Assembly: GCF_001500045.1 (NCBI RefSeq)
Contig: NZ_LQIX01000007.1
Coordinates: forward strand, 65,451-97,450
Direction: 5' to 3'
DNA from: Mycobacterium sp. GA-1199
GTDB taxonomy: Bacteria > Actinomycetota > Actinomycetes > Mycobacteriales > Mycobacteriaceae
Length of the DNA stretch: 32,000 bases
The notes beneath the pieces are model-generated. The model did no database searches. It saw only the letters and a program-made list of their open reading frames with translations, and was not told where the DNA came from. Below, one piece after another: positions 1 through 9,507 of this stretch (position 1 is its first letter; each line of letters opens with the position of its first letter). The translations under genes were made by a program, and so were the position numbers.

Positions 1-1
1 C

Positions 2-331
2 GTGTGGCGCTATATCGAGTTGGAAAACCTCGAGCTGCCGTCGATCTACTTCGCCCACGAACGTGAGGTTTTCGAGCGCGACGGCATCCTTCTCGCGGTG
101 TCCGAGTACTCCAAACCCGTCGACGGCGAGACAGCGTCCGTCGAAAGGGTCCGCTACCGGACTGTGGGCGACCTGACCATCACGGGTGCGGTGCGCTCCC
201 GAGCCGTCGACATCGAGGGCGTCATCGCCGAGATCTCAGCTGCCACGGTGTCGGAGCGCGGCGAGACGCGAGCCGACGACCGCACCTCGGCAGCCGCCAT
301 GGAAGACCGCAAGCGCGAAGGGTATTTCTGA
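2..331 (+). CDS. cysD: Sulfate adenylyltransferase subunit 2 (CysD), C-terminal fragment; the 5' end lies left of the window
   Basis: The ORF is open to the left edge. The translation (...IELENLELPSIYFAHEREVF...RYRTVGD...DRKREGYF*) looks like a CysD C-terminus. TGA at 329-331 is followed 35 nt later by the cysN/cysC fusion, the usual cysD-cysN arrangement. Confidence 0.85.
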   Translation: MWRYIELENLELPSIYFAHEREVFERDGILLAVSEYSKPVDGETASVERVRYRTVGDLTITGAVRSRAVDIEGVIAEISAATVSERGETRADDRTSAAAMEDRKREGYF

Positions 332-365
332 TGAGCGAACGCGCGAAGAAGCAAGGAAACCGTCG

Positions 366-2237
366 ATGACGCGCCAACTCCTCCGCATCACCACCGCCGG
401 CTCGGTCGACGATGGTAAGAGCACGCTGATCGGTCGCCTGTTGCACGACACCGACAGCCTGCCGACCGACCACCTCGACGCCGTCACCGACGAGGAGGGC
501 ATTGCCGACCTGGCGGCCTTGTCCGACGGTTTGCGCGCCGAACGCGAACAGGGCATCACGATCGACGTGGCCTACCGGTTCTTCTCGACGGAGACTCGAA
601 GCTACATCCTTGCCGACACCCCGGGGCATGAGCGCTATACCCGCAATATGTTCACGGGTGCCTCGAACGCCCATGTCGCCGTCCTGCTCGTCGACGCCCG
701 CGCAGGCGTGCTGCGTCAAACCAACCGGCACGCCCGCATCGCGAAGTTGTTGGGAATCAAGCACTTCGTCGCAACGGTCAACAAGATCGACCTCGTCGAG
801 TTCGACCAGTCGCGGTTCGCCGAAGTGCATACGCAGCTTCAACAGCTCTCCGCACGCCTCGGCAACATCGACATCGCGGTGGTCCCGATCGCGGCCAAGC
901 ACGGCGACAACGTGGTCCGCCGATCCCGCAACACACCGTGGTACGACGGGCCGACGTTGCTTGAATACCTCGAGAGCATCGAACTGAGCGCACCGCAGGC
1001 GCAATCGAGCAAGTTGCGCCTTCCCGTGCAGTGGGTGTCCCGCCCCACTGCCGACCAACGTCGCCGCTACACCGGAAGGCTCTCCGGTGGAACGCTCCAG
1101 GCGGGGGATCCGGTCGTCATCCTGCCTGCCGGTACCCGATCCACCGTGACACTCGTCGACACTCTCGATGACGAGCGCACCGTTGCTGTTGCGCCGCTGT
1201 CTGTTTCGGTGGAGCTGGCCGACGACATCGATGTCGGTCGCGGAGACGTCCTCGTCAGCGGATCCGATGACGCCGTCCTGCCCGTCCTTGCCCGCGAGCT
1301 CGATGCGACGGTGTGCTGGTTCCGAGAAGCTCCGTTGCGGGCGGGTGACCGGCTGGCACTCAAACAAGGTACGAAGACGGTCCGCGCAACCGTTCAGTCG
1401 CTGCACAGCCGCCTAGATCCCGAGACGCTCGATGACCTGGACAACCCTGTCGAGCTGGTGCTCAACGACGTCGGTGACGTCACACTTCGCACGAGCTCGG
1501 TCGTGATCGCCGACCCCTACGCCGACAACAAGGACAGCGGCGCTTTCATCCTCATCGACGAGGCCACCAACGACACCGTCGGCGCGGGCACGATCATCGA
1601 ACTGCGCGAGGTCAAGCCCGGCGAGCAGACACGCAACGACATCCGGTGGCACCCTTCCTCCCTCGACCGGGACTACCGGTGGTCGTCGACCGGTCAACGC
1701 GGGGCGACGATCTGGTTCACCGGCCTTCCCGCCTCGGGCAAGTCGACGATCGCGGTCGCCGTCGAACGCGCGCTCGTCGAATCCGGCGACGTGGCATACC
1801 TTCTCGACGGTGACAACATCCGACACGGGCTCTCCGACGACCTCGGGTTCTCGGCCGGTGACCGTGCCGAAAACATTCGCCGGGTCGGCCATCTCACGAG
1901 ACTGTTCGCCGACGCCGGTGTGGTGGCGCTGGCGTCGTTGGTGTCGCCGTTGAAGTCGGATCGCGACACCGCCCGCGCCCTCAACGATGCCGCCAAACTG
2001 CCCTTTATCGAGGTGCACGTGGCCACCCCGGTCGGCGAGTGCGAACGTCGCGATCCCAAGGGCCTGTATGCCCGCGCCCGCGCGGGTGAGCTGAAGGGCC
2101 TGACGGGCATCGACGCACCGTACGAACCACCCGAGAATCCCGATCTGGTGCTTGACACCACCGAAGCGAATGTCGACGATCTGGTCAAGCAGGTGATCGA
2201 TCTGCTCAAGGCCAGGCGGGACGCTCAGTTCACCTGA
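366..2237 (+). CDS. cysNC: Bifunctional sulfate adenylyltransferase subunit 1 / adenylylsulfate (APS) kinase (CysN-CysC fusion)
   Basis: The N-terminal GTPase has a G1 motif ([17 protein letters not shown]) and DTPGHERY. The C-terminal APS kinase has the P-loop [14 protein letters not shown] chose the ATG at 366; the ORF-track start at 186 overlaps cysD and encodes an R/P-rich non-homologous extension. That gives 623 aa, similar to what I recall for the mycobacterial CysNC. Confidence 0.92.
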   Translation: MTRQLLRITTAGSVDDGKSTLIGRLLHDTDSLPTDHLDAVTDEEGIADLAALSDGLRAEREQGITIDVAYRFFSTETRSYILADTPGHERYTRNMFTGASNAHVAVLLVDARAGVLRQTNRHARIAKLLGIKHFVATVNKIDLVEFDQSRFAEVHTQLQQLSARLGNIDIAVVPIAAKHGDNVVRRSRNTPWYDGPTLLEYLESIELSAPQAQSSKLRLPVQWVSRPTADQRRRYTGRLSGGTLQAGDPVVILPAGTRSTVTLVDTLDDERTVAVAPLSVSVELADDIDVGRGDVLVSGSDDAVLPVLARELDATVCWFREAPLRAGDRLALKQGTKTVRATVQSLHSRLDPETLDDLDNPVELVLNDVGDVTLRTSSVVIADPYADNKDSGAFILIDEATNDTVGAGTIIELREVKPGEQTRNDIRWHPSSLDRDYRWSSTGQRGATIWFTGLPASGKSTIAVAVERALVESGDVAYLLDGDNIRHGLSDDLGFSAGDRAENIRRVGHLTRLFADAGVVALASLVSPLKSDRDTARALNDAAKLPFIEVHVATPVGECERRDPKGLYARARAGELKGLTGIDAPYEPPENPDLVLDTTEANVDDLVKQVIDLLKARRDAQFT

Positions 2238-2986
2238 GCCACCGCGAAAATGCGCCGGAACGGGAAGAACGTCCTGCCATCCTTCCGCTTCGGATACGCC
2301 GCGTTCAGCAACGGGGTCAACTCGTTGCGGAACTCGTTCCACTCGGTGTCGGTGAGCCTATCGCGCACCGGGCGTAGCGCGGTTCCCGCGATCCAGTCCA
2401 GCACCGGGTCCTCACCGGTCAACACGTGCACATAGGTGGTCTCCCACGCGTCGACCCTGCAACCGGCGTCGGCGAGCAGGTCTGCATATTCGACCGGATC
2501 CTTCACCGGTGAGCCACGAAATGGAAAGTCGTGCAGTCGTTCCGCCCACCGGTCCCTTGAGACGAGTTCACCTACCGTGCGATGTGAGGGCGCGTCGAAG
2601 TTTCCCGGTACCTGCATCGCGATCCACGACCGCGCCGGCAACTGTGCGGCCCACCTCACGAGTAAGCGTGGATGGTCGGGCACCCAGTGCAGGGTGGCGT
2701 TGCTGATCACCACGTCGGTATCGGATCTCGGCACCCAGTCGCCGACGTCACCGATGTTCGCGTCGATTCCCCTGCCCCGCGCGGCCCGCACCATTTCCGG
2801 CGAGCTGTCCAACGCCTCGATGCTTGCCTGCGGCCAGCGTTGGGACAATGAGGCCGTCAGATTGCCCGGCCCACAACCCAGGTCCGCAACTCGCCGCGGC
2901 GCATCGGCGCCGATCCTCGACACCAGATCGAAGTACGGGCGTCCACGCTCGTCGGCGAACGTCAGATATGTGTCGGGGTTCCACAT
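2225..2986 (-). CDS. tam: Trans-aconitate 2-methyltransferase (Tam, Rv0294-like), SAM-dependent
   Basis: Begins [22 protein letters not shown] and carries the SAM-binding motif [11 protein letters not shown]. The start is set at the ATG at 2986, the conserved N-terminus; the track start at 3046 adds 20 non-conserved residues. The 3' end overlaps cysNC convergently by 13 nt. Confidence 0.9.
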   Translation of the reverse strand: MWNPDTYLTFADERGRPYFDLVSRIGADAPRRVADLGCGPGNLTASLSQRWPQASIEALDSSPEMVRAARGRGIDANIGDVGDWVPRSDTDVVISNATLHWVPDHPRLLVRWAAQLPARSWIAMQVPGNFDAPSHRTVGELVSRDRWAERLHDFPFRGSPVKDPVEYADLLADAGCRVDAWETTYVHVLTGEDPVLDWIAGTALRPVRDRLTDTEWNEFRNELTPLLNAAYPKRKDGRTFFPFRRIFAVAQVN

Positions 2987-3027
2987 ACCGACAGTTTGAC
3001 ATCGCCCGATCGGGATACCATGCGGAA

Positions 3028-4221
3028 GTGAGTCATACGGAGGCAAACCCGGTTGATCCGCCGATACCTGTTCCGGATGTTCCCGGAGCAGATGCCAGCG
3101 CAGGTCTGCCGCGGCGCGCCGACCTGACGCTGCGCCAGCGCTTCATCGTCGACTCGTCGGCCGTGGCGGATCTCGCCTTGCGCACCGCGATCGCATCGCT
3201 ACTCGCGACGACGATGTTGCCGACGCTGGCCGGCGGCCTGCGCCGGTCGCAATCGCGCGCGGAACGCGAACAGCTGCAGTTCTACGCCGAATTGGCCTCG
3301 GCGAAGGATCCAGCGCAGTCGTTTCCCGCGCCCACTTCACCGCCCCGGGTCGCATCACGGGCAGCCAACCCGCTGGCCGAGTGGATCGCGAAGGGTCAGG
3401 TTCAGAACATTCGCTTCGAGAGCAGTTTCGAAGCGATCAACCCGGCCTTGCGCGCGCAGTGCAGCGGCTTGGAACGCAACAACGTCGTTCACGCCCAGCA
3501 CTGGCGCCACGACGACGGGCCGCACCCGACCCTGTGCCTGATCCACGGGTTCATGGGTTCGCCGTATCTGTTCAACGGCCTGTTCTTCTCGCTACCGTGG
3601 TTCTTTCGTTCCGGTTACGACGTTCTGTTGTACACCATGCCCTTTCACGGTCCCCGCGCGGAAAGAGGCTCTCCTTTCAGCGGCTACGGGTTCTTCGCCA
3701 ACGGATTCTCGGGCTTCGCCGAGGCGATGGCCCAGGCGGTGCACGACTTCCGCTCGGTCATCGACTATCTGGAGTTCACCGGCGTCGATCGCATCGCGTT
3801 GACCGGTATGTCGCTCGGCGGGTACACGTCGGCGCTGATCGCAGCCGTCGACGACCGGATCCAGGCCGTGATCCCCAATGTCCCTGTCGTCGCACCCGAT
3901 CAGACGGTGGACGAATGGTTTCCCGCCAACAAGGTGGTCGGGCTGCGAAACCTGCTGACCGGAACCGACGCGAAACTCACCGGGGGCGCCACCTTGTTCT
4001 CCTCACCGCTCAACTACGCCCCGCTGGTCCCCAAGGACCGCCGATTGATCATCACAGGTCTCGGCGACCGGTTGGCTCCGCCGGAACAGGCCGAGATGCT
4101 CTGGGAACACTGGGACCGCTGCGCGTTCCACTGGTTCCCGGGCAACCACATCCTGCATGTCAGCCAGCCGGACTACCTGCGCAGGATGACCCGCTTCATG
4201 AAGGATTTCATGTTCGGCTGA
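3028..4221 (+). CDS. Conserved alpha/beta-hydrolase-fold protein (Rv0293c-like)
   Basis: Has the HGF oxyanion-type motif (LIHGFMGSP) and the nucleophile elbow GMSLGG. It is convergent with eccE3, as Rv0293c is in M. tuberculosis. The start is set at the in-frame GTG at 3028 (397 aa), because upstream in-frame starts run into the divergent tam gene. The start is uncertain. Confidence 0.8.
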   Translation: MSHTEANPVDPPIPVPDVPGADASAGLPRRADLTLRQRFIVDSSAVADLALRTAIASLLATTMLPTLAGGLRRSQSRAEREQLQFYAELASAKDPAQSFPAPTSPPRVASRAANPLAEWIAKGQVQNIRFESSFEAINPALRAQCSGLERNNVVHAQHWRHDDGPHPTLCLIHGFMGSPYLFNGLFFSLPWFFRSGYDVLLYTMPFHGPRAERGSPFSGYGFFANGFSGFAEAMAQAVHDFRSVIDYLEFTGVDRIALTGMSLGGYTSALIAAVDDRIQAVIPNVPVVAPDQTVDEWFPANKVVGLRNLLTGTDAKLTGGATLFSSPLNYAPLVPKDRRLIITGLGDRLAPPEQAEMLWEHWDRCAFHWFPGNHILHVSQPDYLRRMTRFMKDFMFG

Positions 4222-5125
4222 GCTCGGCCTGATTTCCCGCGGGCCAGTCGATCCGAGACAACAGATCAACGGCAACCGGCTTAGCCGGAACTTCGAATGT
4301 GCCAACGGCTTTGGGATCCAACGCCGTCAGTAACCGCCGCTGAACCCCGCGATGCGGTGCCAGTCCCGGCACCGGGACCCCGCGTACCGGGTCGGGTGTC
4401 CGGAACGCGCACACCGCCGCGACGGTCGGGTGCGCCGCCGTACCGCTGAACTCGACGGCGGTCCACGTCTCCGACGACTGGGACCGCACCTCGTCGAGGC
4501 GTTCACCCAGCCGCTCGTCGACCGGAATCCCGTATGCCGACACGAATCCGTCTTCGTCGTGGACACCGCGCCACTTCTCGCGGCCCTTTCCGATCAGCGG
4601 CGCGTCCGCGTCGTCGACGGGCACCGCATCGAGACCCGCCTCCCGCAGGTGATCGGCTAGCCGACGACCGGCGATCTCGGCGGTCTCGCGCAGGGGCAGC
4701 TCGGGTGAACGGGCCTGCAGAGCAACCAGATTCGCCTCGGCATCCAGGGTCAGGCTCATCCAGGTGGTACGGACACCGTCCATATCGCGGTTGGTCACGC
4801 GAACCTTCTCGCTGCGGACGCCGAACCGCTCGACGTAGCTCGCCACCAGGGCCAACGGCACACCGAGTCCCGACGGGTCCTCGACCCGCAACACCACGGT
4901 GGTCTGCTTCGCACTCTGCGGCTTAGGCTTTGAGTGGTTGCGTCGAAACACCGCCAACCGCCGGCCGAACATGTTCGTCACGAACTGGCCCCGCCACCAT
5001 GCGAACACGACGACGACCACGGCGACTGCGATGCCGAAGATCCACCAGTCCGTGGTCGTCTCCCACGGGTACGCCATGGCCGCCAGGACGACGGCCAACG
5101 ACGCCAGCGCAATTCGAACGGTCAC
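4208..5125 (-). CDS. eccE3: ESX-3 secretion system membrane component EccE3
   Basis: Last gene of the locus. It has two N-terminal hydrophobic helices (IALASLAVVLAAMAY; WWIFGIAVAVVVVVFAWW). Its GTG start overlaps the mycP3 stop (GTGA, 5122-5125). Position and size fit EccE3. Confidence 0.9.
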   Translation of the reverse strand: MTVRIALASLAVVLAAMAYPWETTTDWWIFGIAVAVVVVVFAWWRGQFVTNMFGRRLAVFRRNHSKPKPQSAKQTTVVLRVEDPSGLGVPLALVASYVERFGVRSEKVRVTNRDMDGVRTTWMSLTLDAEANLVALQARSPELPLRETAEIAGRRLADHLREAGLDAVPVDDADAPLIGKGREKWRGVHDEDGFVSAYGIPVDERLGERLDEVRSQSSETWTAVEFSGTAAHPTVAAVCAFRTPDPVRGVPVPGLAPHRGVQRRLLTALDPKAVGTFEVPAKPVAVDLLSRIDWPAGNQAELSRT

Positions 5126-6528
5126 GATGCCTCCGCTTGGTTGTCTAGGTTCCTTCGCCGGTGGACCGCGACCGCGGCGGTGACGGCTGCGATCAGCGCC
5201 AGCACACCGGTTCCCACGAACGCGACCACCTTCGGGGTCTCATCAGGGGCGGCCGGTTGCGGCGGTGCGGCGACGGGCTGGGGCTCGAGCTCCCCGTGAC
5301 CGGCGACGGCCGCCGTCACGTCCCATGTCAGGGCGGCGACGGGGTCGACGAGTCCGGCGCCGGTCAGGTTCGACGGCGCTCTCGCCGCCCCCTGCGCGCC
5401 GGCCGTGAGCCGATCCCTGACCTGTTCGGCGGTCAGCTCGGGAAACCGGCTGCGCACCAACGCCGCAACGCCGGACACGTAAGCGGCCGCGAAGCTCGAT
5501 CCGTTCAGCGGATACAGCCGGCCCCTCTCATCGGGCAGCGCGTTGGCGAGGCCGCCGCCGTCACCGTTGCTCACCGAGGCGATGTCCTGCCCGGGTGCGG
5601 CGATTCCCACCCACGGGCCCGCCATCGTGAAATCCGATGGCCGCCCGGCCGTGTCGAGCGAACCCACCGAAAGCACATACGGCTGCCAGGACGACGGTAT
5701 CGACACCGACGTCACCCCGGCCCAGTTGCGAGGGTCCTCCGGGCGGCCGGGATCCGACAACGGGTTCGACGGACATGCCGACCCCGGGTTCAGTCCCATC
5801 TTGTTGTTGCCCGCGGCCGCGACGATCACCGCATCCTTGTCCACGGCGGCATACCGCAAGGCCGCCCCGAGTTCGTTCTGGTCGAGGTTCTCCGTGGCGG
5901 GCAGACAAGTGACAGCGGAGATGTTGATGACCCGCGCACCCAGGTCCGCCGCACGGACAACCGCACGGGCCAGGGTGGCCACGTCGAGCGCGACACGTGC
6001 CGTCGCCGGATCCCCGCCGGTCTCGCGCGGGGAGAACCGCGACGACGTCGACCGGATAGCCAGCACGCGCGCACCGGGCGCCACCCCGGAGAACCCGTCG
6101 GCCCCCGGCTGGCCCGCGATCAGCCCGGCCACCAGCGTCCCGTGGCCGTCGCAATCGCTCAGCCCATCGGTCGACTCGACGAAATCTCCGCCGGGATCCA
6201 CGTTCGGCAGCCGGGGCCCGGGTGTGACGCCGGTGTCGATGACCGCCACGAGCTGTCCGTCCCCGCGGCTGTACTCCCACGCGCCCTCGAGGTTGAGCAG
6301 TTGTTGATTGGGGCTGGGCGAACCGGGGTCGCTACCGGGCAACACACCCGCACTGACACACGGTCCGCGTTGTGACTGCGGCTGGACGGGCCCGGCGGCA
6401 CCCGACGGGGGTGGCACCGCCGGATCCACCTGAGGTGGCGTCATCGCCTGTGCGACCGGGGAACTCATACCCACGACGGCCACCGAGGCCGTGGCGGCGA
6501 GTACAGTGCGCAACCGGTCGCGCATCAC
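5122..6528 (-). CDS. mycP3: Mycosin-3, membrane-anchored subtilisin-like serine protease MycP3
   Basis: Has an N-terminal signal-like segment. The subtilase triad contexts are AVIDTGV (Asp), CDGHGTLVAG (His) and NGSSFAAAYVSG (Ser). There is a C-terminal TM anchor (VVAFVGTGVLALIAAVTAAVAV) followed by HRRR. The start is GTG 6528 or the adjacent ATG 6525, with GAGG 6-9 nt upstream. Confidence 0.93.
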   Translation of the reverse strand: MMRDRLRTVLAATASVAVVGMSSPVAQAMTPPQVDPAVPPPSGAAGPVQPQSQRGPCVSAGVLPGSDPGSPSPNQQLLNLEGAWEYSRGDGQLVAVIDTGVTPGPRLPNVDPGGDFVESTDGLSDCDGHGTLVAGLIAGQPGADGFSGVAPGARVLAIRSTSSRFSPRETGGDPATARVALDVATLARAVVRAADLGARVINISAVTCLPATENLDQNELGAALRYAAVDKDAVIVAAAGNNKMGLNPGSACPSNPLSDPGRPEDPRNWAGVTSVSIPSSWQPYVLSVGSLDTAGRPSDFTMAGPWVGIAAPGQDIASVSNGDGGGLANALPDERGRLYPLNGSSFAAAYVSGVAALVRSRFPELTAEQVRDRLTAGAQGAARAPSNLTGAGLVDPVAALTWDVTAAVAGHGELEPQPVAAPPQPAAPDETPKVVAFVGTGVLALIAAVTAAVAVHRRRNLDNQAEAS

Positions 6529-6535
6529 CGATGCC

Positions 6536-7981
6536 TCATCGGTTGAGCACCCAGGCGAACAGCCCGACGAGATAGGCCAGCACCGGGATCAGCGACGCGT
6601 CGACGCCGGAGGCCAGGAACCCGACCAGGCGACGCATGGGCAGCGAGTAGGTGTCCGGGGAGGCGACCCGCGGGAACGCCGCGACGATCACCCACACCAC
6701 CGTCAAGCCGACGAGCGCCACCAGTGCCCACCATGCGGCGCTGATGCGGTCCTCGACGCTGAACACGACCATGAACGAGATCGCCAGCAGGAAAGGCTGG
6801 CTCAGCAACCACGCCTTGCACGGAGCGGAATCCCACACACGTGCCCGCAGCACCGATCCGAGTGCCACGGCAGCCACGACGTACCACGCCCACGGCGACA
6901 CACCTTGGGGCGCAGCCAGTGTCAACGCCCCTGCGGTGGACAGCAACACACCGCCGGCGATGAAGCCGGTCTGATGCGAATCGCTGATCCGGACTCGGCG
7001 CGGCAGATCGGCGAGCACCTTCATCGGGTGCGGCGCCGGGGTTGGGTCGCCCGGAGCCGGAATGACCGGCATCGGCAGCCGCGCCCACAATGCCGAGAGT
7101 TGGGCCGCCTGGACCGTGACCACCAGCGCAAGCACCACAAGCACGGACCCGACGACGAGATGGTTCAGATGCCAGATCGTCGCGGCCCCCGCCGTGATCA
7201 GGGCACCGGCACCGACGACGGTGGCGGCCGTGAACACCGCGATGGCCCGTTGGGCGACAACGATGCTGACGATCGACCAGGCGGTCACGCCCGCGGCGGC
7301 GAGCAGCACATGTGACGGCCCGAACTCGCCGGGCACGCCGAGCGCGAGAGAAACCGCGATGGGCGCGAGCGCCGTCACGGCCAACGCCGTGCCGAGCCGG
7401 GGTGAACGGCCCCACGTCAGCAGGGCCGCCAGCACCGTGAGCGCCGCCGCGCCGCTTGCCACGGCGAGACCGGCGAAGCCACCGACGATTTCGCTGTGCA
7501 CCGCGGCAAACCCAGTGGCGATCACGATGAGCGTGATCACCGCCGCGGCCGCACCACGCGCGATATGCGCCGCGCCCCAGGGCTTCTCGCGGGCAGCCGA
7601 GAAGATGACGGCCGCGTCGCCGATGTCCTCAACGATCCGCGGTGCCGCCGGGCCGGCCGGAAGCGGCTGCAGCGCCAAAAGATCACCGTCGACGACACCC
7701 ACGGTGTCCAACGTCGCGTCGAGGCTGAACGGCGCACCGCCGACCGGTGCCAGTGACAGCACCACCGGGGTGGCATCGCCGTACTCCTCGTCGGCGGGCA
7801 TCGCCATCCGCCGCACGGCGGGCAGGATCTCGCGCAGTGGGAGCTCGGTCGGTAACGCCATGTCGGTGACTCGACCGCCCGCCTCGCCCGCGGCGAGCAC
7901 CGCGACGCGAACGATCGGCATCGACCGGGACGGGGCCGGGTCCGCCAACGACGCCGTCGCGCCGCTCAAACTGTCTGCCAT
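6536..7981 (-). CDS. eccD3: ESX-3 secretion system integral membrane protein EccD3
   Basis: A soluble N-terminal domain (MPIVRVAVLAAGE...LPLREILPAV) is followed by about 11 hydrophobic helices, ending ...AYLVGLFAWVLNR. The start is ambiguous. ATG 7981 overlaps the espG3 end by 16 nt, and the following codons are all G/C at the third position. ATG 7921 (MPIVRV...) may be the homology-consistent start. The track start at 8125 lies deep inside espG3 and is rejected. Confidence 0.9.
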   Translation of the reverse strand: MADSLSGATASLADPAPSRSMPIVRVAVLAAGEAGGRVTDMALPTELPLREILPAVRRMAMPADEEYGDATPVVLSLAPVGGAPFSLDATLDTVGVVDGDLLALQPLPAGPAAPRIVEDIGDAAVIFSAAREKPWGAAHIARGAAAAVITLIVIATGFAAVHSEIVGGFAGLAVASGAAALTVLAALLTWGRSPRLGTALAVTALAPIAVSLALGVPGEFGPSHVLLAAAGVTAWSIVSIVVAQRAIAVFTAATVVGAGALITAGAATIWHLNHLVVGSVLVVLALVVTVQAAQLSALWARLPMPVIPAPGDPTPAPHPMKVLADLPRRVRISDSHQTGFIAGGVLLSTAGALTLAAPQGVSPWAWYVVAAVALGSVLRARVWDSAPCKAWLLSQPFLLAISFMVVFSVEDRISAAWWALVALVGLTVVWVIVAAFPRVASPDTYSLPMRRLVGFLASGVDASLIPVLAYLVGLFAWVLNR

Positions 7982-8829
7982 TGGTGTTCCGTTCTCTGGT
8001 GGGAGTCGAAGTCTCGGGTCAATCTCAGGTCGGGGAACCACGCCCCGTCGGGCAGCGTTGCGGTGAGCCGCTCGACCGCGGTGGCGATGGCCATCGGCGT
8101 GCCGGGCGTAAAGGTCGAGACCCATTCGCCGTCGAACGCCTTCACCGGGTAGACGAGAACCCTGCCCTCGCGGGTGTCGACGACGCTGACGCCGACCTCG
8201 GTGCTCACGCGGTGGCCGTCTCGGTGGTCACCGGCCACGATCTCCACATAACTGCGGTCCGTCGCGTAGGCCGCCTCGACGACCGCACGTGCGCTCGGCG
8301 GGACGCCGAGGAACTCGATCACGTCGTCCAGCGTCGCGCCGTTGCGCAGCTGTTCGTCCGCGCGCGCGCCGATGCGCGCGGGAATCGCGAACTCGTCGAA
8401 TCGGGCCGGCGGACGCCCCGACAGACCGGCGGTCAGGATGGGAACCAAGGCCTGCGGATGGTCCACCTCCAACGCGCTGAGGGTGACGAGGCCGCCGCCG
8501 CGCAGCGCGACGACGGTTTCGTCGCCGCGGCGCGCGACATGCCCGCGCAGCATCTTGCCCGAGCCGCGCACAAACCGGAGTTCGAGCCACCGCCGGGGCC
8601 GGCATGTCGCCGTAACCCATTGCCGAACATGGGGTTCGACGGCGCCGTCGGCCGTCATCACGCCCATCTCGACCAGTTCGGCCGACAACCTGTCCTCGAA
8701 TGCCGCCCGCTGCGCGTGGTCGCTGTAGGGCGAGGTGATGGCCAGCACCCAGGGGTAACTTCCCGCCCCCGACGCGTCGGCGACGAACCAGGCCTGCTCC
8801 GCGGTCAGCTCGACTGCGTTAACTGCCAC
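7966..8829 (-). CDS. espG3: ESX-3 secretion-associated chaperone EspG3 (PE/PPE-specific)
   Basis: A 287-aa soluble protein (MAVNAVELTAEQAWFVADASGAGSYPWVLAITSPY...) sitting directly between esxH and eccD3, as in ESX-3. GTG start at 8829. Confidence 0.88.
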   Translation of the reverse strand: MAVNAVELTAEQAWFVADASGAGSYPWVLAITSPYSDHAQRAAFEDRLSAELVEMGVMTADGAVEPHVRQWVTATCRPRRWLELRFVRGSGKMLRGHVARRGDETVVALRGGGLVTLSALEVDHPQALVPILTAGLSGRPPARFDEFAIPARIGARADEQLRNGATLDDVIEFLGVPPSARAVVEAAYATDRSYVEIVAGDHRDGHRVSTEVGVSVVDTREGRVLVYPVKAFDGEWVSTFTPGTPMAIATAVERLTATLPDGAWFPDLRLTRDFDSHQRTEHQWQTV

Positions 8830-8835
8830 CGTCGG

Positions 8836-9126
8836 TTAGCCACCCCATTTGGCGCCTTCGGCCTGGTCCCGGGCGCTCATCGTCATGGTGTTCTGCTCGT
8901 GGGTGGCGGCCATCGCGCGGTATGCGCGCACCAGCTCCTCGAGGGCAAGGTTCCACTGCGCCTGCCACGCCTGATAGGTCGTGCCGGTGTCACCCTGCCA
9001 GGCCCCGGCCAAAGCAGCCTGCTCGCTGGCGATGTCGGCGCCGACGGCGTGCAGTGCGCCCGCATATCCGGCCATCTCACCCGAATGGGCCAGCATCGCC
9101 GGGTAGTTGTACATGATCTGAGACAT
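8836..9126 (-). CDS. esxH: ESAT-6-like WXG100 protein EsxH (TB10.4 orthologue)
   Basis: 96 aa, beginning [23 protein letters not shown]... and ending ...AKWGG. The WxG motif is W43-Q-G45 (8992-9000). A strong SD (AAGGGAGAA) lies upstream. Confidence 0.95.
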   Translation of the reverse strand: MSQIMYNYPAMLAHSGEMAGYAGALHAVGADIASEQAALAGAWQGDTGTTYQAWQAQWNLALEELVRAYRAMAATHEQNTMTMSARDQAEGAKWGG

Positions 9127-9161
9127 CAGGTTCTCCCTTTAGGTCTAGGTCAGTTCGAAGT

Positions 9162-9455
9162 TCAGATACCGGTGTAGGTGCTGGCCGCCGCGGCGTCCTG
9201 CGCCACGTAGGTACCCGCCGCGTCGCCCAGGTTGGCCTGCGCGATGTCGAGCAGCATGTTGACCTTCGCGGAGACCTCGAGGAAGCGCGCGTGCGCTGCC
9301 TGGAAGGCCGCGGAGGATTCGCCCATGTGGAATGCCTGTGCAGACTGCGCTGCCTGCTCGGCCTGCGCCATGGTGCTGCGCATCAGCGCGGCCTTCGCCG
9401 AGAACGCCGCCTCGGATGACACGAGCTGTGGGATGTGAGCGTCCAGGAGGCTCAT
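9162..9455 (-). CDS. esxG: ESAT-6-like protein EsxG (CFP-10-type partner of EsxH)
   Basis: 97 aa, beginning MSLLDAHIPQLVSSEAAF and ending ...GTYVAQDAAAASTYTGI. A C-terminal YxxxD motif (YVAQD, 9195-9209) is present. SD AAGGAA lies upstream. Confidence 0.95.
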   Translation of the reverse strand: MSLLDAHIPQLVSSEAAFSAKAALMRSTMAQAEQAAQSAQAFHMGESSAAFQAAHARFLEVSAKVNMLLDIAQANLGDAAGTYVAQDAAAASTYTGI

Positions 9456-9507
9456 GGATGTTCCTTTCGGATTATGTTTTGCCGGAATGGGTTTCGGTCA
9501 GCTCGGT

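Noticed and set aside
186-365. N-terminal extensions offered by the ORF track for cysNC (186-365), tam (2987-3046), the Rv0293c-like gene (2824-3027), eccD3 (7982-8125) and the Rv0281-like methyltransferase (19737-19961).
   Set aside because: The extensions overlap neighbouring genes and encode non-conserved R/P/S-rich sequence. They also precede internal starts that coincide with the conserved N-termini of the respective families.
3005-3014. A perfect 10-bp palindrome CCCGATCGGG in the 41-nt divergent spacer between tam and the Rv0293c-like gene.
   Set aside because: GC-rich 10-bp palindromes are expected about once per kb by chance. No regulator gene is adjacent and there is no second copy, so I did not call it an operator.
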